Of a stretch of DNA of 64,000 nucleotides, positions 19,387 to 29,628 are shown one piece after another. The position numbers and the translations under genes were made by a program. This stretch comes from an uncultured Atopobium sp. (GTDB lineage Bacteria > Actinomycetota > Coriobacteriia > Coriobacteriales > Atopobiaceae). The notes under the pieces are model-generated. The model saw only the letters and a program-made list of their open reading frames with translations. It was not told the DNA's origin and ran no database searches. Position 1 is the stretch's first letter. Each line of letters opens with the position of its first letter. The stretch spans positions 34,480 through 98,479 of the forward strand of contig CAUQHX010000003.1 of assembly GCA_963518165.1 (NCBI GenBank). Reading direction: 5' to 3'.

Positions 19387-19489
19387 TGCTTCTCCTGTGA
19401 CAAAACTTCTTGTTACAAGAAGAATTGTCACAAAAAAAGAGGAAGGCGTAAACCTTCCTCATCAAATTAGTAAAGCTTGTTGAGAATTC

Positions 19490-20074
19490 TTAGCTGTTAA
19501 TAGCTGTAACTACAACGCGACGGTATGGATCATCGCCCTCAGAGTGTGTTGTAACTTCAAGATTATCTCGAAGTGCAATGTGGATGATACGACGCTCATA
19601 GCCACTCATTGGAGCAAGAGAAACCTTACCAGTCTTCTTAGCACGAGCAGCAGCAGAGAGTGCCATCTCTTGAAGCTTATTGCGACGACGGCTCTTGTAA
19701 CTTTCAACATCTACAGATACTGGGTAGTGGAAGTGAAGCTTAGCGCTCATCAAAGATGAAAGGACCATCTGGAGAGCCTCAAGCGTATTGCCGTGACGAC
19801 CAATAAGAATTGCAAGATCTCCACCGGTTACATCAAGAATGAGCTCACCGTCTTCACCGTCGTACTCATCAATTGCACAGCTATTCTCGCCAAAGAACGA
19901 GAGAAGCTCTCTTAGATAGAAGACAGCAGTATCAGCAATCTTATTCATCTCAGCATCAGTGAGCTGAATTCCAGCCTCAAAGTGCTCTCGAATTGAAGCA
20001 AACTCGTCTTGTGAATCAACGACAGGAGACTCATTAAGAGCGTTTGGCTCAGAAACGAAAGTCTCATCCTCCAT
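19490..20074 (-). CDS. jag: Jag/EloR (KhpB) KH-R3H RNA-binding protein
   Basis: LIGRHGNTLEALQ (KH) and ERRIIH (R3H), in the canonical position after yidC. Confidence 0.92.
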   Translation of the reverse strand: MEDETFVSEPNALNESPVVDSQDEFASIREHFEAGIQLTDAEMNKIADTAVFYLRELLSFFGENSCAIDEYDGEDGELILDVTGGDLAILIGRHGNTLEALQMVLSSLMSAKLHFHYPVSVDVESYKSRRRNKLQEMALSAAARAKKTGKVSLAPMSGYERRIIHIALRDNLEVTTHSEGDDPYRRVVVTAINS

Positions 20075-20177
20075 GTCGTCCTCCAGTCAATATAAAAAGT
20101 TTAACTAGTAATCTACTGTAACAAATTTTGTAAACAAAAGTTATTTTGTCTAACCTCAGTTTGTTTAACTCCAGCTA

Positions 20178-20936
20178 TTAGGCCTTTTTGTGAGGGCGTG
20201 GCTTCTTCTCTTTTCTAACCACGTCTACCTCGATTGGCTTATTAGCCATCTGAGCCTGTGCCTTGAGCTTCTCTTTTTCCATAATGCGCTTGGTAATAAG
20301 CTGCTGCTGGGCAAGCTGCCAAATACCAGAAGTTACGTAGTAGAGAAGAACAGCTGCTGGCACAGTCCAACCAAACCAGAGCATCATGAGGGTCATCATG
20401 CCGCCCATCATGTACTGCTGAGTACGCTGCTCGCCGGAGCTTGTACGAGCGTTTACTGCCATGGAAAGGAAGGTAGTAAGGCCAAACAGAAGAACAAAGA
20501 TCATGTAAGGGATAGCGGTAACAAAGCCATCAACAGCAAAAATGTCGGATGTTGCACGCGCAATAGAAGGAAGAATGTTGTAGAAGCGAGAGTCTACTGG
20601 AACCATCTTTGCAACGGTAAAGAGTGCAATAAAGATAGGGGACTGTAAAAGCAGTGGTAGACATCCACCAAGAGGATTGAAGTTAATTTCTGCGTAAAGT
20701 TTACGCATCTCTTCATTCTGCCTTACAGGATCATCGGCATAGCGCTCCTGGATTTCTTTGAGCTTAGGCTGAACAACACTCATACGAGCCATAGAGGCCG
20801 TCTGCTTGTTGGTCATTGGAACCAGGATAATACGGATGATGATGGTAAGCAGGATAACTGCCATACCCCAGTCTCCCGAGAATGAGTGAAGTCCCGCTAA
20901 GACTGTGTATAGAAAGTTAACAATCCAATCCCACAT
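20178..20936 (-). CDS. yidC: membrane protein insertase YidC
   Basis: WGMAVILLTIIIR, NPLGGCLPLLLQSPIF and LYYVTS. Confidence 0.95.
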   Translation of the reverse strand: MWDWIVNFLYTVLAGLHSFSGDWGMAVILLTIIIRIILVPMTNKQTASMARMSVVQPKLKEIQERYADDPVRQNEEMRKLYAEINFNPLGGCLPLLLQSPIFIALFTVAKMVPVDSRFYNILPSIARATSDIFAVDGFVTAIPYMIFVLLFGLTTFLSMAVNARTSSGEQRTQQYMMGGMMTLMMLWFGWTVPAAVLLYYVTSGIWQLAQQQLITKRIMEKEKLKAQAQMANKPIEVDVVRKEKKPRPHKKA

Positions 20937-20956
20937 ATTTCCTCCGGTGCGTTCCT

Positions 20957-21193
20957 TTACGGAACGGGATCGTATCCTCCCTTATGAAAAGGGTGACAGC
21001 GAGCAATACGCTTAAGAGCAAGCCAACTTCCCTTTTTAACACCGTATTTTTGTATAGCTTGAACTGCATATTCAGAGCAAGTAGGCCGGTAAATACAGTG
21101 CGGCTTAAAAAGGGGAGAGATGTTTCTTTGATAGAAACGAATAGCACCTAGGAACAAGTTTGCGAGAAAAGAACCTTGTCTTTTCTCGCTCAT
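20957..21193 (-). CDS. yidD: membrane protein insertion efficiency factor YidD
   Basis: [10 protein letters not shown] and [14 protein letters not shown]. Confidence 0.95.
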   Translation of the reverse strand: MSEKRQGSFLANLFLGAIRFYQRNISPLFKPHCIYRPTCSEYAVQAIQKYGVKKGSWLALKRIARCHPFHKGGYDPVP

Positions 21194-21513
21194 TTGACCC
21201 CTGTCTTTCTTAACAGAGCATCCAAAGAAACGCTTATATCAGCAGGATTAGTGCTGTGTGTATCTTTAGTCGCAAAGAGAATAATGCCGTATCCCTCAAC
21301 AGGTAAACCGCTCTTTCGAGCTGCTTCGCGTAAAACGCGTTTACACCTGTTTCTAAATACGGCGTTACCTAGTCTTTTTGGAGCTACAAAGGCTACCTCG
21401 GAAGGATGTGCCTCAGTGGATGGTGCTACTCGTATACGAAGAACAGAACTTTGAGCCCTCTTCCCCGCAGAGAAGACCCTTTCAAACTCTGAACGAGATT
21501 TAATGGTCTTCAC
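21190..21513 (-). CDS. rnpA: ribonuclease P protein component
   Basis: [18 protein letters not shown], located after rpmH. Confidence 0.93.
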   Translation of the reverse strand: MKTIKSRSEFERVFSAGKRAQSSVLRIRVAPSTEAHPSEVAFVAPKRLGNAVFRNRCKRVLREAARKSGLPVEGYGIILFATKDTHSTNPADISVSLDALLRKTGVK

Positions 21514-21524
21514 AGAAACATTCC

Positions 21525-21659
21525 TTAGACGGTGAGGCGCTTACGGCCCTTAAGGCGACGACGAGCGAGAACGGCACGACCATTCTTAGTTGCCATACGT
21601 GCACGGAAACCGTGGGTAGTTGCGCGCTTGCGCTTATTTGGCTGGTAGGTACGCTTCAT
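21525..21659 (-). CDS. rpmH: 50S ribosomal protein L34
   Basis: Manual translation [44 protein letters not shown], with SD GGGAGG. Confidence 0.98.
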   Translation of the reverse strand: MKRTYQPNKRKRATTHGFRARMATKNGRAVLARRRLKGRKRLTV

Positions 21660-21706
21660 AGCTATTTCCTCCCGAACGGGTACAGTATCGATTAAAAAGC
21701 CTACAG

Positions 21707-21736
21707 ATTGTACTCGCGTTTATGGGTACCTGTCAA
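21707..21736 (-). promoter_or_regulatory. sigma-A promoter of the rpmH operon
   Basis: TTGACA (21731-36), 18-nt spacer, TACAAT (21707-12). Confidence 0.7.
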
Positions 21737-21779
21737 ATTTTCTACGCAAATACCTCAACTTTTTCTCTTTTTTATTCAA

Positions 21780-22020
21780 AAGCCTAGCGAGAAAACCTTT
21801 CATTTTGAAAATTTCACTTGTGATAAGTGAAGAAATTTGTTGAAAGGAATATTTCTGCAAGCTGAAATATGTCCGTTAAATGCTACTATCATTCAGTACG
21901 TCTTTCACAAAGATATAAAGTTATCTACAGATGTTTAACACTTGTTGAAAACTTTCATTCACTGTGAAAGAAAACGAAAAGTTTTCTTCATTTGTTTAAC
22001 AATTGTTGAAAAGGAGGTGT
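21780..22020. promoter_or_regulatory. AT-rich origin-proximal region with putative DnaA boxes
   Basis: TGTTGAAAG at 21838, TTATCTACA at 21921, TGTTGAAAA at 21943 and 22004. Confidence 0.6.
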
Positions 22021-22021
22021 C

Positions 22022-22900
22022 ATGGCAAGAGATTTTTTTCCTTTTGTTGAGGAAAACACTAACCAGGATGAAAAAGATGCTGGTTCTGATAACTCTCTCA
22101 CCGTCCGCTATGCTGCGCGTATTGCAATATATGACGATAAAGCCGCAGCACCTCGCGTCGTTCTTGTAGAACCTAAAGATGTTCGTTCTTATCTTGACGA
22201 GATTGCAGCTACCGTTAACCAGCTTGCTCACGAGCAAGGTGGAAAAATTCCTTTTATGGTTATGCGCGAGATTGTGGAGAACTTCATTCATGCTCGCTTT
22301 GTAGCACCCACAATCTCAATTATGGACAACGGAAATACCATTAGGTTTTCAGACCAGGGACCTGGTATTAAAGAGAAAAATCGAGCTCTTGAGTTTGGTA
22401 CTTCTTCTGCAACAGAAGAGATGAAATCGTTTATTAGAGGCGTTGGCTTTGGTCTTCCTTATGCTCAGCAATATATGGTTGAGAAGGGTGGAAGCCTTAC
22501 TCTTGAAGACAATATCTCTGGCGGAACAATTGTTACTTTATCAACACGCCGCTCTAAGGATGCTCATATTCAGACTCTTCCAACTCAAGAAGAAGCTGAA
22601 GAATTGCCTGTTAATCAGAACCAGCAGGCGGTTTCACATACCCCACAAGCAGTATCTCAACAGGCATCTGCACAACCAGCTGCACAACTTCCTAATCTGG
22701 TGTTAACAGATCGTGCAAAACAAGTTCTTCAGTATCTCTCTGAACATGAATGGGTTGGAGCAACAGAGCTCACTAGTACTTTTGGTCTTTCTACACCAAC
22801 GTGGTCGCGAGAGTTAAAATCGCTGTTAAACATAGGAATAATTGGAAAAGTTGGGCAAAAATATAAGCTCACCACTATTGGAGAAACCCTCCTTTCATAG
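22022..22900 (+). CDS. GHKL/HATPase_c ATP-binding protein with C-terminal winged HTH
   Basis: N-box REIVENFIHA, G1 SDQGPGI, G2 GVGFGLP, then GGTIVTL. A Q/P-rich linker leads to an HTH (ATELTSTFGLSTPTWSRELKSL). SD AAGGAGG. Confidence 0.85.
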   Translation: MARDFFPFVEENTNQDEKDAGSDNSLTVRYAARIAIYDDKAAAPRVVLVEPKDVRSYLDEIAATVNQLAHEQGGKIPFMVMREIVENFIHARFVAPTISIMDNGNTIRFSDQGPGIKEKNRALEFGTSSATEEMKSFIRGVGFGLPYAQQYMVEKGGSLTLEDNISGGTIVTLSTRRSKDAHIQTLPTQEEAEELPVNQNQQAVSHTPQAVSQQASAQPAAQLPNLVLTDRAKQVLQYLSEHEWVGATELTSTFGLSTPTWSRELKSLLNIGIIGKVGQKYKLTTIGETLLS

Positions 22901-22983
22901 AGTTTCTCAACATTATTCGCTGAAAGTTATCAACATTCCTCTATACTAGGTGTCCCAATTTTCAACATTTTGATTGGACACGT
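22901..22983 (+). promoter_or_regulatory. dnaA promoter region with three putative DnaA boxes
   Basis: TTCTCAACA 22904, TTATCAACA 22927 and TTTTCAACA 22959 flank a -10 TATACT at 22942. Confidence 0.65.
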
Positions 22984-24513
22984 ATGGATGCATCAATTGA
23001 TTCAGACGCAGTAGCTCTGTGGCAAGACGCAATTGACCTTTTGGTTGAAGAGAATCAGCCAGAGGCTTTTATCGCCATGTTGAGAACCTGCACTCCAATC
23101 AAAGTTGAAGATAATGCTTTATGTGCTGAGACTTCAATGCGCTTGGCTTATAACCGTATCCTTAAAAACCTGCCAATTGTTGAGAGATGTCTCTCGGCTG
23201 CAGCTTTTGAAGACATTATCTTAAGTCTTACGCTTACAAAGTCTTCTACTCCTGTTACCACTACTTCTACGATGACTCCTCAGGAGTTCAACGCTTGGAA
23301 GCAGAAAACTGCTCCTATACAGGCTGTTGTTCCAGAACAGATTCAAGATTTTGAATCCCAGGAACAGAGCCTTGAGGAACTAAAGCAGCAGACGTTAAAG
23401 AGACGTAAGAGCAACCCTCTTTATGAGGAGACATCTTTCAATTCAAACCTTACATTTGATCGCTTTGTTGTTGGTGACGAGAATGAGCTTGCTCATCAGC
23501 ATGCTTTAAATGTTGCAAACGATGCAAAAGGCAAGGCAAATCCACTCTTTATTTATGGTGCAAGCGGTCTTGGAAAAACTCACCTTCTGCGCGCCGTTCA
23601 AAACTACATCAACGCTGAAGACATCGAGCGCGTTTGTGTTTATAAGGACGCAGATGCCTTTGTTGATGACTACGTAAATGCAGTTCGTAAAAATGCCTCA
23701 GGAAACGCTGCAACAGAGCTGAGTAATAACTATCAAAACATTGATGTTCTTATCATCGACGATGTTCAAAAACTTGCTGGTAAAGCGGGTACCATTAACT
23801 TCTTCTTCAATATTTTTAACTCTCTTATTGATAGAGGTAAGCAGATTATTCTTGCCGCCGATAGAACCCCAGCTCAGCTTGGTATGGGCTCTGACGGTTT
23901 TGACGATCGTATTACTTCTCGTATGAGTGGTGGCATTGTTATTGGCATTGAATCTCCAAGTTACGAGATGAAGCTCAATCTTATTCACGTCTTCTGCGAC
24001 CGAGCTTTTAAAGAGAGAAATTCTTCTCTTTCTGCAGATGATATGCCAGAAGATATTCGTCGCTATATGGCTGATAAGGCCGGCCAAAGTATTAGAACCC
24101 TTGAAGGCTTCTGTAATCGTTGCGTCACCGGACAAATTAAAGCAAAAGAATCCGGCAAAAACATTAAGCAAGAAGAGATCGATAAGATTGCAGACACTCT
24201 CTGGCGTCGCATTTCAAAGACCGTAAATATCGAGAAGGTCCAAGAAGTCGTAGAGAACGTCTATGGCATTAGCCATCGCGATATTGTTGGTAACAAGAGA
24301 AATAAAGAAATTGCAGAGCCACGTCATGTTGCAATTTATCTTGCTCACGATCTTTGCCAATACACGCTGGTAAATATTGGTAAGCATTTTGGTGGAAGAA
24401 AACACGCAACCATTTTGCACAGTATTGAGGTAATTGAAGAGAGAATCAAAGAAGATAAAAGCTTCTATGATCAAATTTCTCAACTTAAAAAAACTATCCT
24501 TGAACAAAGTTAG
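22984..24513 (+). CDS. dnaA: chromosomal replication initiator DnaA
   Basis: TFDRFVVG, NPLFIYGASGLGKTHLL, LIIDDVQ and domain IV PRHVAIYL...IGKHFGGRKHATI. Confidence 0.97.
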   Translation: MDASIDSDAVALWQDAIDLLVEENQPEAFIAMLRTCTPIKVEDNALCAETSMRLAYNRILKNLPIVERCLSAAAFEDIILSLTLTKSSTPVTTTSTMTPQEFNAWKQKTAPIQAVVPEQIQDFESQEQSLEELKQQTLKRRKSNPLYEETSFNSNLTFDRFVVGDENELAHQHALNVANDAKGKANPLFIYGASGLGKTHLLRAVQNYINAEDIERVCVYKDADAFVDDYVNAVRKNASGNAATELSNNYQNIDVLIIDDVQKLAGKAGTINFFFNIFNSLIDRGKQIILAADRTPAQLGMGSDGFDDRITSRMSGGIVIGIESPSYEMKLNLIHVFCDRAFKERNSSLSADDMPEDIRRYMADKAGQSIRTLEGFCNRCVTGQIKAKESGKNIKQEEIDKIADTLWRRISKTVNIEKVQEVVENVYGISHRDIVGNKRNKEIAEPRHVAIYLAHDLCQYTLVNIGKHFGGRKHATILHSIEVIEERIKEDKSFYDQISQLKKTILEQS

Positions 24514-24746
24514 TGTTTAAAACCTGTTAGTAAGATGTCAATTGGTGAAGAGAAGTAATGGTTTGTTGTTGAGAGTTTCAGAGAGGGAGTTTTACTTTGT
24601 TTATGAATGTCAAAAATAAGCAAACAAATCTGACCTCTAGAAACATATTTCTACCTCTAGAAATGTAAAGCTTTCTTCTTTTCAACATAGCTTATTATTA
24701 CTACGATATTTTTATTCTTATCTAAGAAATAATAGAAAGGGTCGTC
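24514..24746. other. oriC unwinding region (dnaA-dnaN spacer)
   Basis: Box TTTTCAACA at 24679-87, then TAGC, then DnaA-trio-like TTA TTA TTA CTA CGA and an AT-rich tract. Gene orientation switches nearby. Confidence 0.75.
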
Positions 24747-25847
24747 ATGAAATTTACCGTAAGTCAATCCGCTCTCCAGACGGCGCTTGATATTGTTTCT
24801 AAGGGTATTGGTTCTAATACAACACTTCCAATTCTCTCTGGTATTTATCTCAAAGCTTTTAATGGCATGCTTGAGCTACAGTCCAGTGACTTAACTATCT
24901 CAATTAAGCATCAGATTGCAGCAAATGTAGAAGAAGAGGGAGAGACAGTCGTTTCTGGAAAGGTTATTCAGAACATTGTTAAGAACCTTCCCGATGCAGC
25001 AATTACTTTTGAAGGTGGAGAGCGTACGCTTTCTGTAACGTGCCAACGTTCGTCTTTTAGGCTTAATACTCTTTCTGCTCACGATTGGGCACAGTTCCCA
25101 GAGTTTGATCTTGAGAAGACCTGTGAGCTCCCAAGCCAACTTCTATCAACTATGGTTGATAAAGTTTATCGTGTTACTTCAAAGGAAGCTTCTCGTCCTA
25201 TTCTTCAGGGAATTTCTCTCACCGTTGAAGACAATACTATTCGCCTTGTTGCAACCGACTCCTTCCGTCTTGCTGTTTGTGATTCCAATACAGATACACC
25301 AGCAGGTGAATCTTTTAGTGCAATTATCTCTGGTGAAGTTTTCCATGACGTTCTCTCAATGCGTAGCATGACTGAGAAGGTCCTAATTGGTACTACAGAC
25401 AACCAGGTAGTCTTCCAGTTTGGAAATACTACTCACATTTCTCGCAAGATTGAAGGTCATTTCCCAGATTATAAGCAGCTGCTTCCAACGTCTTGTACTG
25501 CATCTGTTGATATTAATGTTGAGGATTTCTCTGCAGCTCTCAAGCGTGTATCTGTTATTGCTTTGGCAAATCCATCAGTACGTTTTGACGTTGATGCTGA
25601 CGGAAAAGAAGTTAAGCTTTCAGCCTCTTCACCAGATCAAGGTGAGTCTTCTGAGCACATTGAGGCTCAGATTGAAGGAGATTCTCTTTCAATCGCTTTG
25701 AATTACCACTACGTCTTTGATTGTGTAAATGCTGCTCCTTCCAAGGACCTTTTGCGTCTTGAACTCCAAGGTCCTTCTCAGCCTGCAATCTTTAAATCAA
25801 ATGGTAAGGTCAACTACTTGTATCTTCTGATGCCTGTTCGCCTCTAA
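24747..25847 (+). CDS. dnaN: DNA polymerase III beta clamp
   Basis: LPILSGI, VATDSFRLA, IEGHFPDY and LLMPVRL. Confidence 0.97.
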   Translation: MKFTVSQSALQTALDIVSKGIGSNTTLPILSGIYLKAFNGMLELQSSDLTISIKHQIAANVEEEGETVVSGKVIQNIVKNLPDAAITFEGGERTLSVTCQRSSFRLNTLSAHDWAQFPEFDLEKTCELPSQLLSTMVDKVYRVTSKEASRPILQGISLTVEDNTIRLVATDSFRLAVCDSNTDTPAGESFSAIISGEVFHDVLSMRSMTEKVLIGTTDNQVVFQFGNTTHISRKIEGHFPDYKQLLPTSCTASVDINVEDFSAALKRVSVIALANPSVRFDVDADGKEVKLSASSPDQGESSEHIEAQIEGDSLSIALNYHYVFDCVNAAPSKDLLRLELQGPSQPAIFKSNGKVNYLYLLMPVRL

Positions 25848-25862
25848 TTTGATAGGGGTTGT

Positions 25863-26954
25863 GTGGGACTTAAAGTTGAACATGTTTCGCTGTATAACTT
25901 TCGTTGTTTTGCTTCGAAAGAAATAGATTTATCTGCGCAAACTACCATTTTTGTAGGAAAAAATGCTGCAGGTAAGACAAATACTGTCGAGGCATTACAA
26001 CTTCTTACTGCTGGTTATTCATTCAGAAAACCAACACCTTCACAGCTCCTTCTTACAGGTACTTCTGAGGCAAAGATAGAAATTTCCCTTACAGGAGATG
26101 GAAGAAAGCTAGAAAATACCTGCACCATCACAGAGCGTCGCCGCCAATTTTCAAAGAATGGCAAGAAATGCCAGGCAGCAGATATATCTGGTACGTTGAT
26201 GTCGGTACTTTTTAATCCTGATGATCTATCAATGATTAAAGGCGGCGCATCATATCGTCGTGAAGAATTTGATGACTTTGGCCGCCAGGCAAATAAGAGC
26301 TACTTCAAGGTTTTCTCGGCATATACCAAAACAGTTGAGCAAAGAAATAAGCTGCTTAAATCTGATTGGCCTGACAATAATTTGCTTGATGCATGGGATC
26401 TTTCGCTTGCAAAGGGAGGAGCTACGCTCCTTCATGCGCGTATTCATTTGTTTGAGCGGCTGGCAAAGAAAACATGTGAAATCTACCAGGAACTCTCTGG
26501 CGGAGAACACCTGGAAATGAACTATATTTCTTCAATTGGAGAGGTTTCTCTTGAAGCTTCTAGAGAAGAAATTACTAATCAGTTTTTACAGGCTTTAAAC
26601 GAAGCGCGTGCAGATGATATCCGTCGCCAACAAAGCACTAAAGGTCCTCATAGAGATGATGTTGAGTTTTTAATTGAAGGTAAAGACGCTAGAAATTTTG
26701 GGTCTCAAGGCCAGATCAGAACGGTGGTCTTAGCACTTAAAATGGCAGAAGTTTTACTCTCAGAAGAAATACTTGGCGAGAAACCCCTGCTACTTCTAGA
26801 TGATGTGATGAGTGAGCTTGATGAAGACCGCAGAAAAGCCATCATGGAGTTTGCATTCCATGACATTCAAACCGTAATTACCACTACCAACCTTGGGTAT
26901 TTCTCTGAAGAGATTTTAGAGAAAGCGCAGATAGTTAGGTTTAGTGATGAATAA
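25863..26954 (+). CDS. recF: DNA replication/repair protein RecF
   Basis: GKNAAGKTN, GPHRDD, GSQGQ and LLLLDDVMSELD. Confidence 0.96.
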   Translation: MGLKVEHVSLYNFRCFASKEIDLSAQTTIFVGKNAAGKTNTVEALQLLTAGYSFRKPTPSQLLLTGTSEAKIEISLTGDGRKLENTCTITERRRQFSKNGKKCQAADISGTLMSVLFNPDDLSMIKGGASYRREEFDDFGRQANKSYFKVFSAYTKTVEQRNKLLKSDWPDNNLLDAWDLSLAKGGATLLHARIHLFERLAKKTCEIYQELSGGEHLEMNYISSIGEVSLEASREEITNQFLQALNEARADDIRRQQSTKGPHRDDVEFLIEGKDARNFGSQGQIRTVVLALKMAEVLLSEEILGEKPLLLLDDVMSELDEDRRKAIMEFAFHDIQTVITTTNLGYFSEEILEKAQIVRFSDE

Positions 26955-27480
26955 TCAACAAGAAACGCCTGCGCGTGGTGGTAATGAAAACGCAAAAGAT
27001 TTAATGAGTACTCTGCTTGGAACCTTCAGAGATTCTAAGAGTATGTCTAAAAATCGTCGCGCTTATCTTGCATGGGTTGAGGCAAATGGCGAAAGAGAAG
27101 TAGAACATACGACCGGCGTATTTGTTAGAGAAGTTGCTGGTAGAGAATATCCTGTACTTACTGTTTATGTAGACAATCGTATGTGCATGATTGATTTTCT
27201 TGCACAAAGAGAAATCTATAGAGCAAGGTTGTCAGAGCACGGTCTGGAGTTTTCAGATCTTGAATTTAAGCTGGACAAATACAATAGACATGCTGGTAAA
27301 GAGGACGGTTTTTCAAAAGAGCAAACCCAGGGCCAAAAAATTGAGAAGAAAGTTCTTCCAGAACTCACTGCAGAAGAAAAATCACAAATTTCTGAGTTAG
27401 TTTCTGGCCTTTCTGAGCCACTTAAATCAACGGCTTATAAAGCGATTGAAGCAAGTTTTAGACAAAAAAAGAGTCTTTAG
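26947..27480 (+). CDS. dciA: DciA (DUF721)-like helicase loader
   Basis: Sits between recF and gyrB. The W..ANG.....HT....LTVYVDN pattern resembles DUF721. Confidence 0.65.
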   Translation: MNNQQETPARGGNENAKDLMSTLLGTFRDSKSMSKNRRAYLAWVEANGEREVEHTTGVFVREVAGREYPVLTVYVDNRMCMIDFLAQREIYRARLSEHGLEFSDLEFKLDKYNRHAGKEDGFSKEQTQGQKIEKKVLPELTAEEKSQISELVSGLSEPLKSTAYKAIEASFRQKKSL

Positions 27481-27598
27481 TCTAATCTGTCACTAATCTG
27501 TCCTTAAATCTCTTTACAGAGCCTCTCAGATACACAATATTACTGTTTAAACAATGAAATTTCTCTGTGCCGAGTTGATTTTGGCGATTTCATAGTAA

Positions 27599-29584
<1,986 letters not shown>

Positions 29585-29628
29585 TGGTTTCTCGCTAAAT
29601 CATTAGACAGAAAATGAAAGGGTAACTT

